64,000 bases of DNA from assembly GCF_009914755.1 (NCBI RefSeq), contig NC_060943.1; one strand, given 5' to 3'. A model generated the notes under the pieces. The model ran no database searches. It saw only the letters and a program-made list of their open reading frames with translations, and was not told the origin of the DNA. Shown piece after piece: positions 27,526-39,065 of this stretch (its first letter is position 1; each line of letters begins with the position of its first letter). A program made the position numbers and the translations under genes. The stretch comes from the human T2T-CHM13v2.0 reference genome, Homo sapiens.

Positions 27526-29779
27526 ACTTAGAGGCCTTCTTCATGTGGCTGGGTCTCAGACAAGGCCAGGAGCTCAATATTGAAATCAGGTTCTGGGAAG
27601 AAAAGTCAGTGGACTTTAAAGGCGAGAGATGGGTGTTGCAGAGGTTCTTTGAAGAGCGTGGAATACACCCAAACTCCAACATTTGAAGATACCCCTGATT
27701 TGGGTTACCAACTTGCAGGTTTATTTAAATGCAAGATTTAAAGCATAGAGTATTGCTAATGTTGCTGTTTGCAGTCCTGGCTCTCTCTGGATGAAATAAT
27801 CAAAGAAGCTCAGAGAGCAAGAGGAAAAAAAGCAACATAAATAGAGGCAAAAAATAAGAGAAAAGCAATAAGCAAGTAGGCTAAGGCAAAGAATTCAAGC
27901 CCAAGGGTGTAGAAACGGTAGTCGAAGACCTAATCTGTTAGTATCCTGATGCATTGTGTGGCTGTTGTGGCCTCATTAAGACCTTCAGTCTCCAGGACCA
28001 TATAAAGCTGGACTGCATTTGGAATGGTCCTGGTAATGCTTTCTGAAAATACAGTGTGTTGGCTTCTACTGAGAGCCTGGAGCTGTCAGTTCCTCAGGAG
28101 CTTCCAGAGGAATTGGGAATTTCAGTAGGCTTCTGTGGCTAATAATAGAGCTAGAAAACATATGGACTCCCTGCAGGCTAGGAGCCCACAGGTGATGCAA
28201 AGAGGACATCATTGGCTTTTGAGAGCAGCAGAGAAACCTTTTATTGGAGGTCACACAGCAAGATCATGGATGTTGCTCAGTGGGTCTGCACTCATGGGAA
28301 GCATGTGATCATGGGCAATGCAATGTTTTCTGGCTGCAGAGAGTCTAGAATCTTAAAGGTCCTCTTACCCATCATGGGAATTCATTCCAGAACATTCTGG
28401 ACCCCTCTCAGGGGCAGGTAAGAAATGTCTATTCATTGAAACCGTCTAATGCATTTTGGGGTGGTTTTTAGAACCCACTTATTTAGTCTGCTGTGACCTC
28501 TGATAGCTCACTGGGGACTATCCAGAGACACCATGAAGCTGCACCTGGCAGCAGATATGCTCTTGTTCTAATGAGTTCCTCAGTTTCTGCTCTAGTGGCT
28601 TGAGCTATGCAGCTTAACGTAATGGCCCCAGACATGGAGGGATTGACTGTTCCTTCTGTAGAGACTCCAAGATAATAAAAACCCATATAAATGGTCACAG
28701 ATCCATTCACAGTGGGGTTGGATGTCAGAAAGCGCTCAGGGCCTTGGAGCAGGGAAGTCATCCCCAGGCAGTGGGCTTAGTGAACCATTGTCCTAGACGT
28801 GGAACACATTGTCCTTCTTCTTTTTACTTTAGTTTGCCATTTTTATAAGAAAAAAAAAAAAAACTGTGAGATTGGGTCATTGCCTCTGCACTTCTTTCTC
28901 AAGAACTGACATATCCAGTGCGAATGAAGCTAATGATGAGAGACAATATTTTAATGTTAATTAGACATTCCATGTGTCTTAGTTCATCAGAGAACTATTG
29001 CTCTTTTATGTATCAGATGAAAGCAGAGTTCTTGCTTGGAGAAAAACAGAGTACACAGTCAGAAAGGAGAGTATTTTCAGTGTTGTAATTATTCAAATGA
29101 TTGTTGCTTTTTAGAAAAGCAAAAGATTTTGAGAGGGTGGGGGATACTTAGCAAGAACACAACTGCATGACAGGAAGCCACTGCAAAGCCTCTAAAACCC
29201 TCTTCTCTCTCTTTCAGCAAACATTGCTAAAAGCTGTAATCTCCAGTTAGAAAACAACCTTGAAGGGAGTTTCTCAGTGGCCTCATTAGACAAACAAGAG
29301 GTGGTAGGACCAAGCCTCCTTTGGAATGGACCTGCCCAGAAGGAAAGGGGACAAAAGGTACACAGAAAGCCCCCTGGTGTCTGACGGCCCCTGGAAATAA
29401 TAATTGGAAAAAGAATGAAAACAATTGCAATACTTCTGTGAACTCAATTGTTCTATATATAAAATGAACATGTTGGACTAGCTCAGTGACTCTAAATGAA
29501 GGCTACAGAGTTCTTCTCTTCTGTGACCTCTAGGGAGAAAAGTAGAGTTACAATGTTAGGGTAGTGATGCTTTTAAATTACATGTCCAAATTAGCTCCTG
29601 GCATTGATGAGAATATGTTGTATCTTTCTAGTAGGTAGGGACAGGAAAAGGTAGAGAGTGTGCTATTTGATTGTCCTGCCAACTCTTTCATTCCTTAATT
29701 TGGGAATTAGTTGACCCCATTTGACAGGTGAATCAATGAATAGCTAAATTACTGACATATATAAATAAAATATTCATTT

Positions 29780-30023
29780 ATTTTCTTTTTTTTGCATTTG
29801 TAGTTTTGGAACAATTTTACATTTACAGAAAAGTTGCAAAGAGAATTCCTATATAACCTTCACCTACTTACCCTTAATATTCATATCTTTCATAGATGTA
29901 CATTTGTCAAAACATTTGTACACTACTATTAAATAATTCCAAACTTTTTTTGGGTTTCACATTTTCCCATTTATATCCCTTTTCTTTCCCAGGATACAAT
30001 CTAGGATACTATGTTGCATTTAG
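29780..30023 (-). mobile_element. L1MC4/5-like 3' end
   Basis: aattttacatttacagaaaagttgcaaa...ccaggatacaatctaggatactatgttgcatttag. Confidence 0.7.
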
Positions 30024-30825
30024 GAAATATTTATTTTAGTGTGTAAATATTTATGCTATGCATTGGTTTGATGGAATTATGAGTCAAAGAATGATTTATG
30101 ATCCCCACTTTACACAACCTCTTGTCTGGAAGGCATAACCACATGTGCAGAAACATCGATGCATCCTTGTCCTTAGATCTTCAAATCAACATGCTAAGTT
30201 TGAGGATGCACAGTCAGTGGGAAGGCCTTCCCTGGAAAACCATGCAGGCAGTCCATATTGGTGATGCCAGTTATATACCAGCTAAGCCCCACATCCTGAC
30301 TGCATGGAAATGTGGCAGGAATTGGTTGGTGGGATGCTCTGAGCAGGACCATTCAGTGCATTGGATGAGTCAGTCAAACAAATTACTACTGATAAAAAGA
30401 CTCAAACAAGTTCCTTCTCATCATGTATTCAATTTTGCTTTACTTTCTTCTGGTTCTTTTGGCATTATGCAGACTCAAACTGAAGTGTGTAGATAATCAT
30501 TTGTCATAAAAAAAAACTCAAATAAAACTGGTGTAACCTTTTTCAAATGGATCTGCTTTGATGGAGATATGGGAAACTGGGCACAGCATTGAACTGCTGG
30601 AGGGTGAACAAATTGATACATTCTTCAAGATTGTCATGGACTTTTTATAGTTCAGTACATCAAAACATGCATACTCGTTACCCAAGTTAGCCAAAAGATA
30701 TTCACAACAGTGTTGTGTATAATAACAACAAATTAGAAGCAACATAAAAGTTTGGCCAAGATTCTTTAAACAAATTATAGAACATGATGCAAAATCAATA
30801 TGCAGCTTTAAAAAAATAACATTGA

Positions 30826-31176
<351 letters not shown>

Positions 31177-31279
31177 ACTGTCCTTTTGTGTTATATATAC
31201 ATATATAAAAATATTTGTATCTTGAAAGTTATTTTTACTAAATATATTAACAGTGATTACCTCTGGGAGCAGGGAGCTT

Positions 31280-33550
31280 TTGAACAGTTTTATTGAGATA
31301 TAATTTACATACCTTACAATTCCTCCTGTTTGCTTATTCTAGACATTTTCAATAAATGAAATTATACAGTGTGTGGTTTTTTTTGTGACTGGCTTCTTTC
31401 ACTTAGCACAATGTTTCCAGGGTCCATCCATGTTATAGCATGTATTGGTAATTCATTCCTTTTTTGTTGCTGAATTATCAAGTTTTGTTGTATGGATATA
31501 CCACATTTTATTTTTCCATTTATCATTTGATGGTCATTTGGGTTGTTTCCACTTTAAGGCTATTATAAATAATGCTGTTATAAACATTTATGTACAAGTT
31601 TTTGTGTAGACATATATTTCCAATTCTTTTGTATATATCTAGGAGGAAATTTCAGGGTCATACGGTAATTATATTGCTTAACTTTTTGAGAAACCACGAG
31701 ATTGTTTTCCAAAATGGAAGCACCATATTACATTCTTAACAGAAATGTATGAGGGTGTCAATTTCTTCACATTCTCACCCACACTTGCCCTTACCTGTCT
31801 TTTAGAATATAGCTACCATAGGCTGTGAAGTGGTATGTCATTGTGGTTTTCATTTGTATTTCCTCAAATGTTGAACATCTTATGCTGATTGATAATTTAG
31901 ATATCTTTTTTAGAGCACTGTCAGATCCCATTTCAATTTATAACTGAATTTTTATTTGTTGATTATTTAGTTTTATGAGTTGTTTATATGTATTCTGTAT
32001 ATCCTGTATACAAATCCTTTATGATGTGTATGTTATGATTTTCAAATATTTTCTCACATTCTGTGAGTTGTCGTTTCTCTTTCTGAATGGTATCATTTGC
32101 AGCATGGAAACTTTTGGTTTTAAAGAAGTATATCATAATGAAGTATAATTTATCTATTTTTCTTTTGTTCCTTATGCTTTTGGTGTCATATCTAATATAC
32201 CACAGCCTCATGCAGATAGCAAAGATTGACTTCTATGTTTTCTTCCAGTAATTTTGTAGTTTTAGCTCTTTTTTTTTTTTTGAAACAGAGTTTTACTCTG
32301 TCACCCAGGATGGACTGCAGTGGCATAATCTAGGCTCACAGCAACCTCAGCCTCCCACATTCCAGTGATTCTCCAGTCTCAGCCTCCTGAGTAGCTGGGA
32401 CCACATGCGTGCACCACCACGCCCAGCTAATTTTTTGTATTTGTAGTAGAGACAGGGTTTCTCCATGTTGGCCAGGCTGGTCTCGAATGCCTGACCTCAG
32501 GTGATCCACCCATGTAGGCCTCCCAAAGTGCTGGGGTTACAGACATAAGCCACCACGCCCAGCCTAGTTTTAGCTCTTACATTTAAATTTATTTTCCATG
32601 TTAAGTTAATGTTTGTGTGTAGTGTGAGGTAGACGTCCAATTTTATTCTTCTGTATGTGGAAATCCAGTTGTCCCAGCACCGTTTGTCATAAAGAGTGTT
32701 CATTCTCCATTGAATGATCTTGGCACCCTTGTGAAAAATCAAGTGACTTCAAATGCACGGCTTTGTTTTCTGGATTATCAGTTCTACTCCTGAAGTCAGT
32801 ACCACACTGTCTTGATTACTCTATCTTTGTAGTAAGTTATGAATTTGGGAAGTTTGAGTCATCCTACTCTCTTTTTCTTTCCCAAGATTGTTTTTTCTAT
32901 TCTGAGTCCCCTGAATATTCGTATAAATTTTGTGATCATTCCTGATCATAATTTTCTGCATTTTCTACAAAATGGCAGCTGAATTTTTACAGGGATTGCA
33001 TTGAATCTGAAGACCAATTTAGGAAATATTGCCAATATTCAGTCTTCCTATTCATGACCATGGACATCTTTCTGTTTGTTTAGATCTTCTTTCATTGTTT
33101 TCAACAATGTTTTACAGTGTTTCATTGTACGAGTCTTGTACTTTTTTGTTAAATTTATGTTAAGTATTTTATTCTTTCTGATGCTATTATAAATATAATT
33201 GTTTACTTAATTTCATTGTTAGATTGTTTATTGCTAGTATATAAACACACAAATTTTTAAATACTGATCTTATACAATGCTATATTGCTGAACTCATTTA
33301 TTACTTCTAATGGGGCGTGTGTGTGTGTGTGCTTAAGAGTTTCTATGTACAAGATATACAAGATAACTTAATCTGCACATAGTGGTGGTTGCACTTCTTC
33401 CTTTTCAATCTCACTAGAATCTCCAGTACAATGTTGTATAGAAGTGGCATGAGCAGACATCCTTGTCTCATTCTTTTCATTTTCTAATTTTTGGCCCGGA
33501 GTAAGAAAGCATTCTGCCTTTCACCATTAATATTGATTAATAATATTGTT
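31280..33550 (-). mobile_element. L1MB/MC 3' UTR and ORF2, antisense
   Basis: ttttattgagatataatttacatacc start; ORF 32497- MIFHKGAKIIQWRMNTLYDKRCWDNWISTYRRIKLD is L1 ORF2p-like. Confidence 0.85.
32271..32564 (-). mobile_element. AluSx-like
   Basis: Antisense dimer with ctgacctcaggtgatcc; 14-bp TSD TAGTTTTAGCTCTT (32257-32270, 32565-32578). Confidence 0.95.
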
Positions 33551-33564
33551 GATTTTAAATTTTT

Positions 33565-33898
33565 TTCTTCTTTTCCTTATATGTATTTGTTATTTTTTAA
33601 ATTTTAATTTTAGTATTTTTAATTTTTTTAAATTTTTTATTTTTAGACACAGGGCAGTGGTGTGATAATAGCTCACTGCAACCTGGTCTCAAACCATCTT
33701 CCCATTTCAGCTTCCCAAGTGGCTGAGACTATAGGCACTTCACCCCATGCCCATCAGCTAATTCTTTTTTTTTTTTTTTTTGTAGAAACAGGGTCTTACC
33801 ATGTTGCCCAGGTTGGCCTTGAACTCCTGTCCTCAAGCGATCCTCCTGTTTCAGCCACCCAAATGCGGGATTACAGGCGTAAGCCACCTCACCCAGCC
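33565..33898 (-). mobile_element. AluJ (degenerate, internal deletions)
   Basis: atagctcactgcaacc...gtagaaacagggtcttaccatgttgcccagg...ctcaagcgatcctcc. Confidence 0.85.
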
Positions 33899-34229
33899 TT
33901 AAATTTTCAATAATTTGCAAATCATATTCGTAATATAAAAGTTAGTAAGAAAAAAGAATAAATGTCCCAGACCATAGCAGTTCATCTTAATGGAGGAGAA
34001 AGGCAGATATGAGAGAAGGGCCTGAAATACACACTGCTGCCATGGGGGGGGTCTTCTGATTACTCAGAGTCTCTGCATTTTAGCTTTCTCACTGATCCAA
34101 GGCTGCCAGCCAGCTAAGGAAGTAGATGGAGAGAGGACCAGGAGCACCTTGTGAATTTCATAACCAAGCCACACTTTCTAAGCCAGGAGAAAGGGGAGAG
34201 GTGACCCCAGTATAAGAAAATGTATGTTA

Positions 34230-34490
34230 TAAAGCCAACGGTCACTCATAGAATGTACACAACCAAGAGTGATCCCTAACTAAACTAGAGACGTTAGGTG
34301 GTTATAACACGTCACTGTGGGTTTATCGGTTACAAGGAATGTACCACTCTGGTCAATTCTGTGGATAAAGGAGATGCCTTGGAGATCGAGGAATATATGT
34401 GAACTCTCTGCATCTTCCCTTCAATTTTGCAGTGAACTTGAAACTGCTTTAAAAAATAAAGCCAATACATAAATAAATAAGTAAACAAAT
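34230..34490 (+). mobile_element. L1MC1/2-like 3' end
   Basis: catagaatgtacacaaccaagagtga...tgtaccactctggt...caattttgcagtgaacttgaaactgctttaaaaaataaag. Confidence 0.8.
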
Positions 34491-34539
34491 TTAAGCAAAA
34501 GAGATGGTGATAAGCAAAGGAATTGGGTGGGTCTTACAT

Positions 34540-34965
34540 CGCAAACCTTTCTAAGCACACCCTAAAATAAGGCTTTAAGTTTAAGTTGCTCATTTGGGAG
34601 TTGACCCCAGGAAGCACCAGTAGGGGAAAGAGGAAATGAGACCAGGAATGGGAACAAGCCAATGTGGAGAGTTTTGATGTACAAGATATGATGGGGGGTC
34701 TACCGGGGACCCCTGGGAGACTGTGTAAAACACACCTCAGTGTTGTCGTCCCATCTGAGGGGCAAGGAAGCTGGGGTGTTTGTCTTCAATGGCCACTGGC
34801 TTTTCACTGACACAGGCAGGGCATGCCTTGCCTGGCACAGTAGGCCTATCTCATGTGGGAGCTCGTCGTGCTCTTGCGGCCATGGAAAGCCCACCTGCAG
34901 AGTCACAGAGACCTGCAATAGAAGCTCTACTCATGTTCGGGAACCGTGAGCCCTGAAGGGAAATG
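34540..34965. mobile_element. ERVL LTR33-like LTR
   Basis: ccccaggaagcaccagtagggg...gccaat...ctgggagactgtgtaaaacacacctcag...ctgaggggcaaggaagctggggtgttt; a related copy lies at 54.1-54.4 kb. Confidence 0.65.
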
Positions 34966-35948
34966 CTCTCCACTAAAGGGGTAATCTATTTTTGTACAGG
35001 AGTTCTCTTTAACCAGATAACTTTTTAGTGAACTTAAAATATAATATGATTTTAACATTTCAGATTAGCACACTTTGTGACAAATTATGGCACTCCCAAA
35101 AGAGAAACTTCTCATCCAGTGCTAACTCCTTTCCCCATTCACTGTATTTTGCATGGGGCCAGGAATAAAATTCCATGGGGCTCTTCACAATTTTGTGGAA
35201 TTGATCAAGGAAATACATCGTGGTGTCCAGATCACACCTGGGTAGTTGGCAAATGTGAATCTGAGGCCAGGTTTAGGAGTACTGGGAAAGGTTTTAATGG
35301 AACCAAGCTCAAGCACTGTGCACAGAAGCTGGGGTGAGGAGAGGGGGACAATTGGGGGGCAGGCCTTTGTAGCCTCTTTTGAAAGGAGACTGCCTGTGGC
35401 CTGCTCTGCAGGAGCCCCCTCCAGAATCACTCTTGATGATCATCAGGGCTCTTTATTGACAAAAACTCAGCCCAAACTCACATAAAAGAAAACAGAATCT
35501 ACTGGTTTATTTGGTTGGAAAGTTCAAGGGATTCCTTTGGACAGATTCATAAACAAAGTGTCTCTTCCTTTCTCAGTTCTGCTGCTTCTGTGCTGGTTTC
35601 ACTCTCAGGCAGGTTTTCCTCTGATGTGTTGGTGGTCAGATCGCAGAGGCCAAGGTTCTGCATCCACTGCTGGAGGAAAGAGATGCGGTCAGCCTCACCC
35701 AACCCACGTGGAGTGAAGATAGACAAAGAGCCCTCTGCAAAGGAAAATTGGAGTGCAGCTGCCAGACGCAGGAGTGATCCTGGGCAAGTGAAAATGATGA
35801 AGTCATTGTCACCATCAAAGTGAGTGTAGACATGCCTCTCTGCCTGTAGACATGCTCTTCTGCCTTTAAGACACACTTAAGTTATTCTTTATTTATTAAC
35901 TATACACCCCCCTGACAACCACACACACATACACATGCTTAAACCAAT

Positions 35949-36301
35949 TGTTATGATTTGTCTGTGTCCTCACCCAAATCTCACCTTGAATTGTAATAAT
36001 CCTCGTATGTCAAGGGTGGAGCCAGGTAGAGATAATCAAATGATAGAGGTGGTTCCCCCCGTACTGTTCTCGTGGTAGTGAATAAGCCTCAGACATCTGA
36101 TGGTTTTATAAAGGGGGATTCCACTGCACAAGCTCTCTTGCTTGCTGCCATGTAAGACGTGTCTTGCTTCCCTTCACCTTCTGCCATGATTGTGAGGTCT
36201 CCCCAGCCATGTGGAACTGTGAGTCCATTAAATCTCTTTCCTTTATAAATTACCCAGTCTTGGGTATGTCTTTATTAGCAGTGTGAGAGCAGACTAATAC
36301 A
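35949..36301 (+). mobile_element. THE1C-like solo LTR
   Basis: tgttatgatttgtctgtgtcctcacccaaatctcaccttgaattgt...agactaataca; TSD CCAAT/CCAGT. Confidence 0.92.
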
Positions 36302-36305
36302 CCAG

Positions 36306-36445
36306 TGTTGGGGCTCAGAAAGCAATATCCGAAGTATAGCATTTTGACATGAGGAACTGAAAGTTCCAATGTATACATGTTCAGTAAATTTGCATGCCTT
36401 TTCTTCTACTAATCAATCTGCCTCATGCCAGTGAGGCAAAAGGAA
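36306..36445 (+). mobile_element. MER39-like ERV1 LTR, internally deleted
   Basis: Start tgttggggctcagaaagcaatatccgaagtatagc joined to 3' part gcatgccttttcttctactaatcaatctgcctcatg. Confidence 0.55.
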
Positions 36446-36579
36446 CAAAAATGAAAATACTACATATAAAGGCAGTTCTTAGAACAAAATATATATTTTT
36501 AAATATTTGTGTTAGAGAAAGAAGCCTAAAAACTTATGAGCTAAGTGCCATATTGAGAAAGATAAAAAATAAACAGTAT

Positions 36580-36745
36580 TATCCAGGCATGGTGGTGTGC
36601 ACCTGTAGTCCCAGGTTCTTAGGAGGATGAGGTGGAAGGGTCTCCTGAGCTAGTGAGTTCAAGGCTGCAGTAAGCCATGATCACACCACTGCATTCCAGC
36701 ATGGGCAACAAAGAGAGGGCTCATCTTATAAAAAAGAAAAAAGAA
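36580..36745 (+). mobile_element. FRAM/FLAM_A-like Alu monomer
   Basis: ccaggcatggtggtgtgcacctgtagtcccagg...gagttcaaggctgcagtaagccatgatcacaccactgcattccagc plus A tail. Confidence 0.8.
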
Positions 36746-37107
36746 AGAGCAACAGAGTACATTAAAGAATATGGAAAGAAGAAACTAACAAAGGTAAGAG
36801 AGAGGACTAATGAAACAGAAAACAAAGACACAATGAAGAAATCAAATCTTATCTTTTTCTTGAAAAGATGATAAAAATAAACAATCTTCTGGCAAGACTG
36901 AGCAAAGCAAAAACAGATCAGGCACAAATAATTTTAGGACTGAAAAAAGAGACATAACTGCAGATTTTGCAGAGATGTAAACAATAGAGAATACTTGGAA
37001 ACTTTATGGCTTTAAATTGGAAAACTTAGACAAAAGGGAACATTTTCTAGCAAAAAAATGAAATCTGAAAACTGACTCAAGATTAGGGAAAATCTTCACT
37101 GTATATA

Positions 37108-37138
<31 letters not shown>

Positions 37139-37400
37139 TTATAGTGAAGTTTTGTGTGTATATATATGTATACACATATATACACACACACAAAGAACTT
37201 TTACAATCAATATTATTATTTATCATATTAATAATACCCTTGATTATAATTATAATGATATATAATTACATTATCATTAATCTTATTATTAAATAAGACT
37301 ACTTAATTTTAAAAGATGAGCAAAAGATTTGAACACACACTTCACATAGGAAGACACACTTGCCAATAATTAATAAGAAGTACTCAAAATTAGTAATCCT

Positions 37401-37456
37401 CAATGAAATACAACTTAATATAACAATGAAATACAACTTAATATAACAATGAAATA
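37401..37456. repeat. Perfect 23-bp tandem duplication
   Basis: caatgaaatacaacttaatataa twice, followed by caatgaaata. Confidence 0.9.
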
Positions 37457-38479
37457 ACATTTCATTCCCAGTGGAGTGGCTAAAATTAAAATTCTATCAC
37501 CAGATGTTGGTGACGATATGTCACAACTGAACTCTCACACATTGCTGGTGCAGTGTAAAATGATAAAACATGATAAAATTATTTGGCTGTTTCATATAAA
37601 GTTCATCATGTACATATCGTAAGACTAAGCAAATCCACTCTGAGATATTTACCCAAAGAGTTAACACCACTGTTCATGACAGAAGTACATATAATAGTCC
37701 AAAGCTGGGAACAACCTAAATATACGTCAAGGGGAAAGTGGCAAAACCAATTGTATATATTCATACAACGTGACACTACTTAGGAATAAAAAGAATAAAC
37801 TACTAATACACCATTAATATGGATAAATTTCAAAAAGACTACTTTGAGTATAAACAGCGAGATACAAATTAATCCATATTATGTGATCCCATTTACATGA
37901 CGTTCTAGAAAAAACAAAGCTAATCCATGATAAACTATTTCTTAGCAGTGGCAGTTTGCGGAGAGCATGAGGAGGCAATGACTGGAAGGGTGCATGGAGA
38001 ATTTTCCTAGTGATGGAATTATTCAAAATTTTTGTGGAAATGTGGGTTATGTGGGTGTATGCACTTGTCAAAACTCATTAAATTATAAACTTAACAATAA
38101 TGCATTTTACGATATATGAATTATATCATAGTGAAAATATCTTAAAAACTGGCCCAATAAAGATAAGCAAAATGAATCAGTGGCTAAATATCCACAAACG
38201 CCTACACACACATGTGCATACACTCAACTAGCAAACAAATAAGCCTAAATGGTTCTACAAAGTTCTACCAAACATTCCAGAGATGGATTGCCTCAGTCTT
38301 GTTGATTCCACAAGATGGGGGGTACTTTTCTCCACACTAAAATCAGGAGTTCATCTGCCTTCCAGCATGTGGGGTGGCTGTAGGGTAGGAAGACCTCAGA
38401 GAAAGAAGGAGAATAAAACAATATGAGGCTGGAGGACAGCCAGGGCCATACCTGCGGGTCCTAGAAACATGGGCAGCAG

Positions 38480-39065
38480 ACATTGTTGGTTGATTACCGC
38501 AGAGTTCTTCTGATGTCCCTACTTTATTGCTAATAAAACCCTATTTTTGTTCAGGTAGAAGGAGACCTTGAGAATGAGTGCATGCTGGGCCCTGCCTCAA
38601 TCCCAGAAGATGAATCTTCATGAGTCTAACTTACAGACGTGCCATTCTCTTTGCCATGACTTGTTTTAAAGAAAGGCAGCTGACAAAATACAGGCCAAGG
38701 GGATGTGAATGAAGTCCCATAGTGGAGGAGTGGTAGTGGCTGGTGGGACTTTCAGAAATGTTTCCTAGACTTTAAAAAGGGACCAAGAGAAGGGAATTCT
38801 GTCATCTGGCTTTGAGTTCTGCCATGTGCCAGTGTGGTACTTGGAGTTCTTGCAGAGATCTTCAAGCCAGGAGGACCAGTCTAGGGGACAAAACCCACAT
38901 TGAGGATGCCAAGAAAGCTAGAAGAAAGCTACTGAACCACCAAATTAACCAAATATGCACACTTCTTCTGGATATTTACATAAGAGCATAAATGTTCCCA
39001 AGTCATTCTTAACATAAGTTGATCCTGTTCCCTTATCACTCGCTCCCCAAAGCACTCTAAATACT
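38480..39065 (+). mobile_element. Old MaLR LTR (MLT1K/L-like) inserted in L2
   Basis: ctaataaaaccctatttttgttcagg...caggccaaggggatgtg...tgaggatgccaag...aaagcactctaaatac; L2-like flanks on both sides. Confidence 0.55.

Larger units (their letters stand above)
36446..38300 (+). mobile_element. Old L1M ORF2 and 3' UTR fragments
   Basis: aaggcagttcttagaacaaaatatat...; caaaagatttgaacacacacttcaca...; gtgatcccatttacatgacgttctagaa. Confidence 0.7.
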
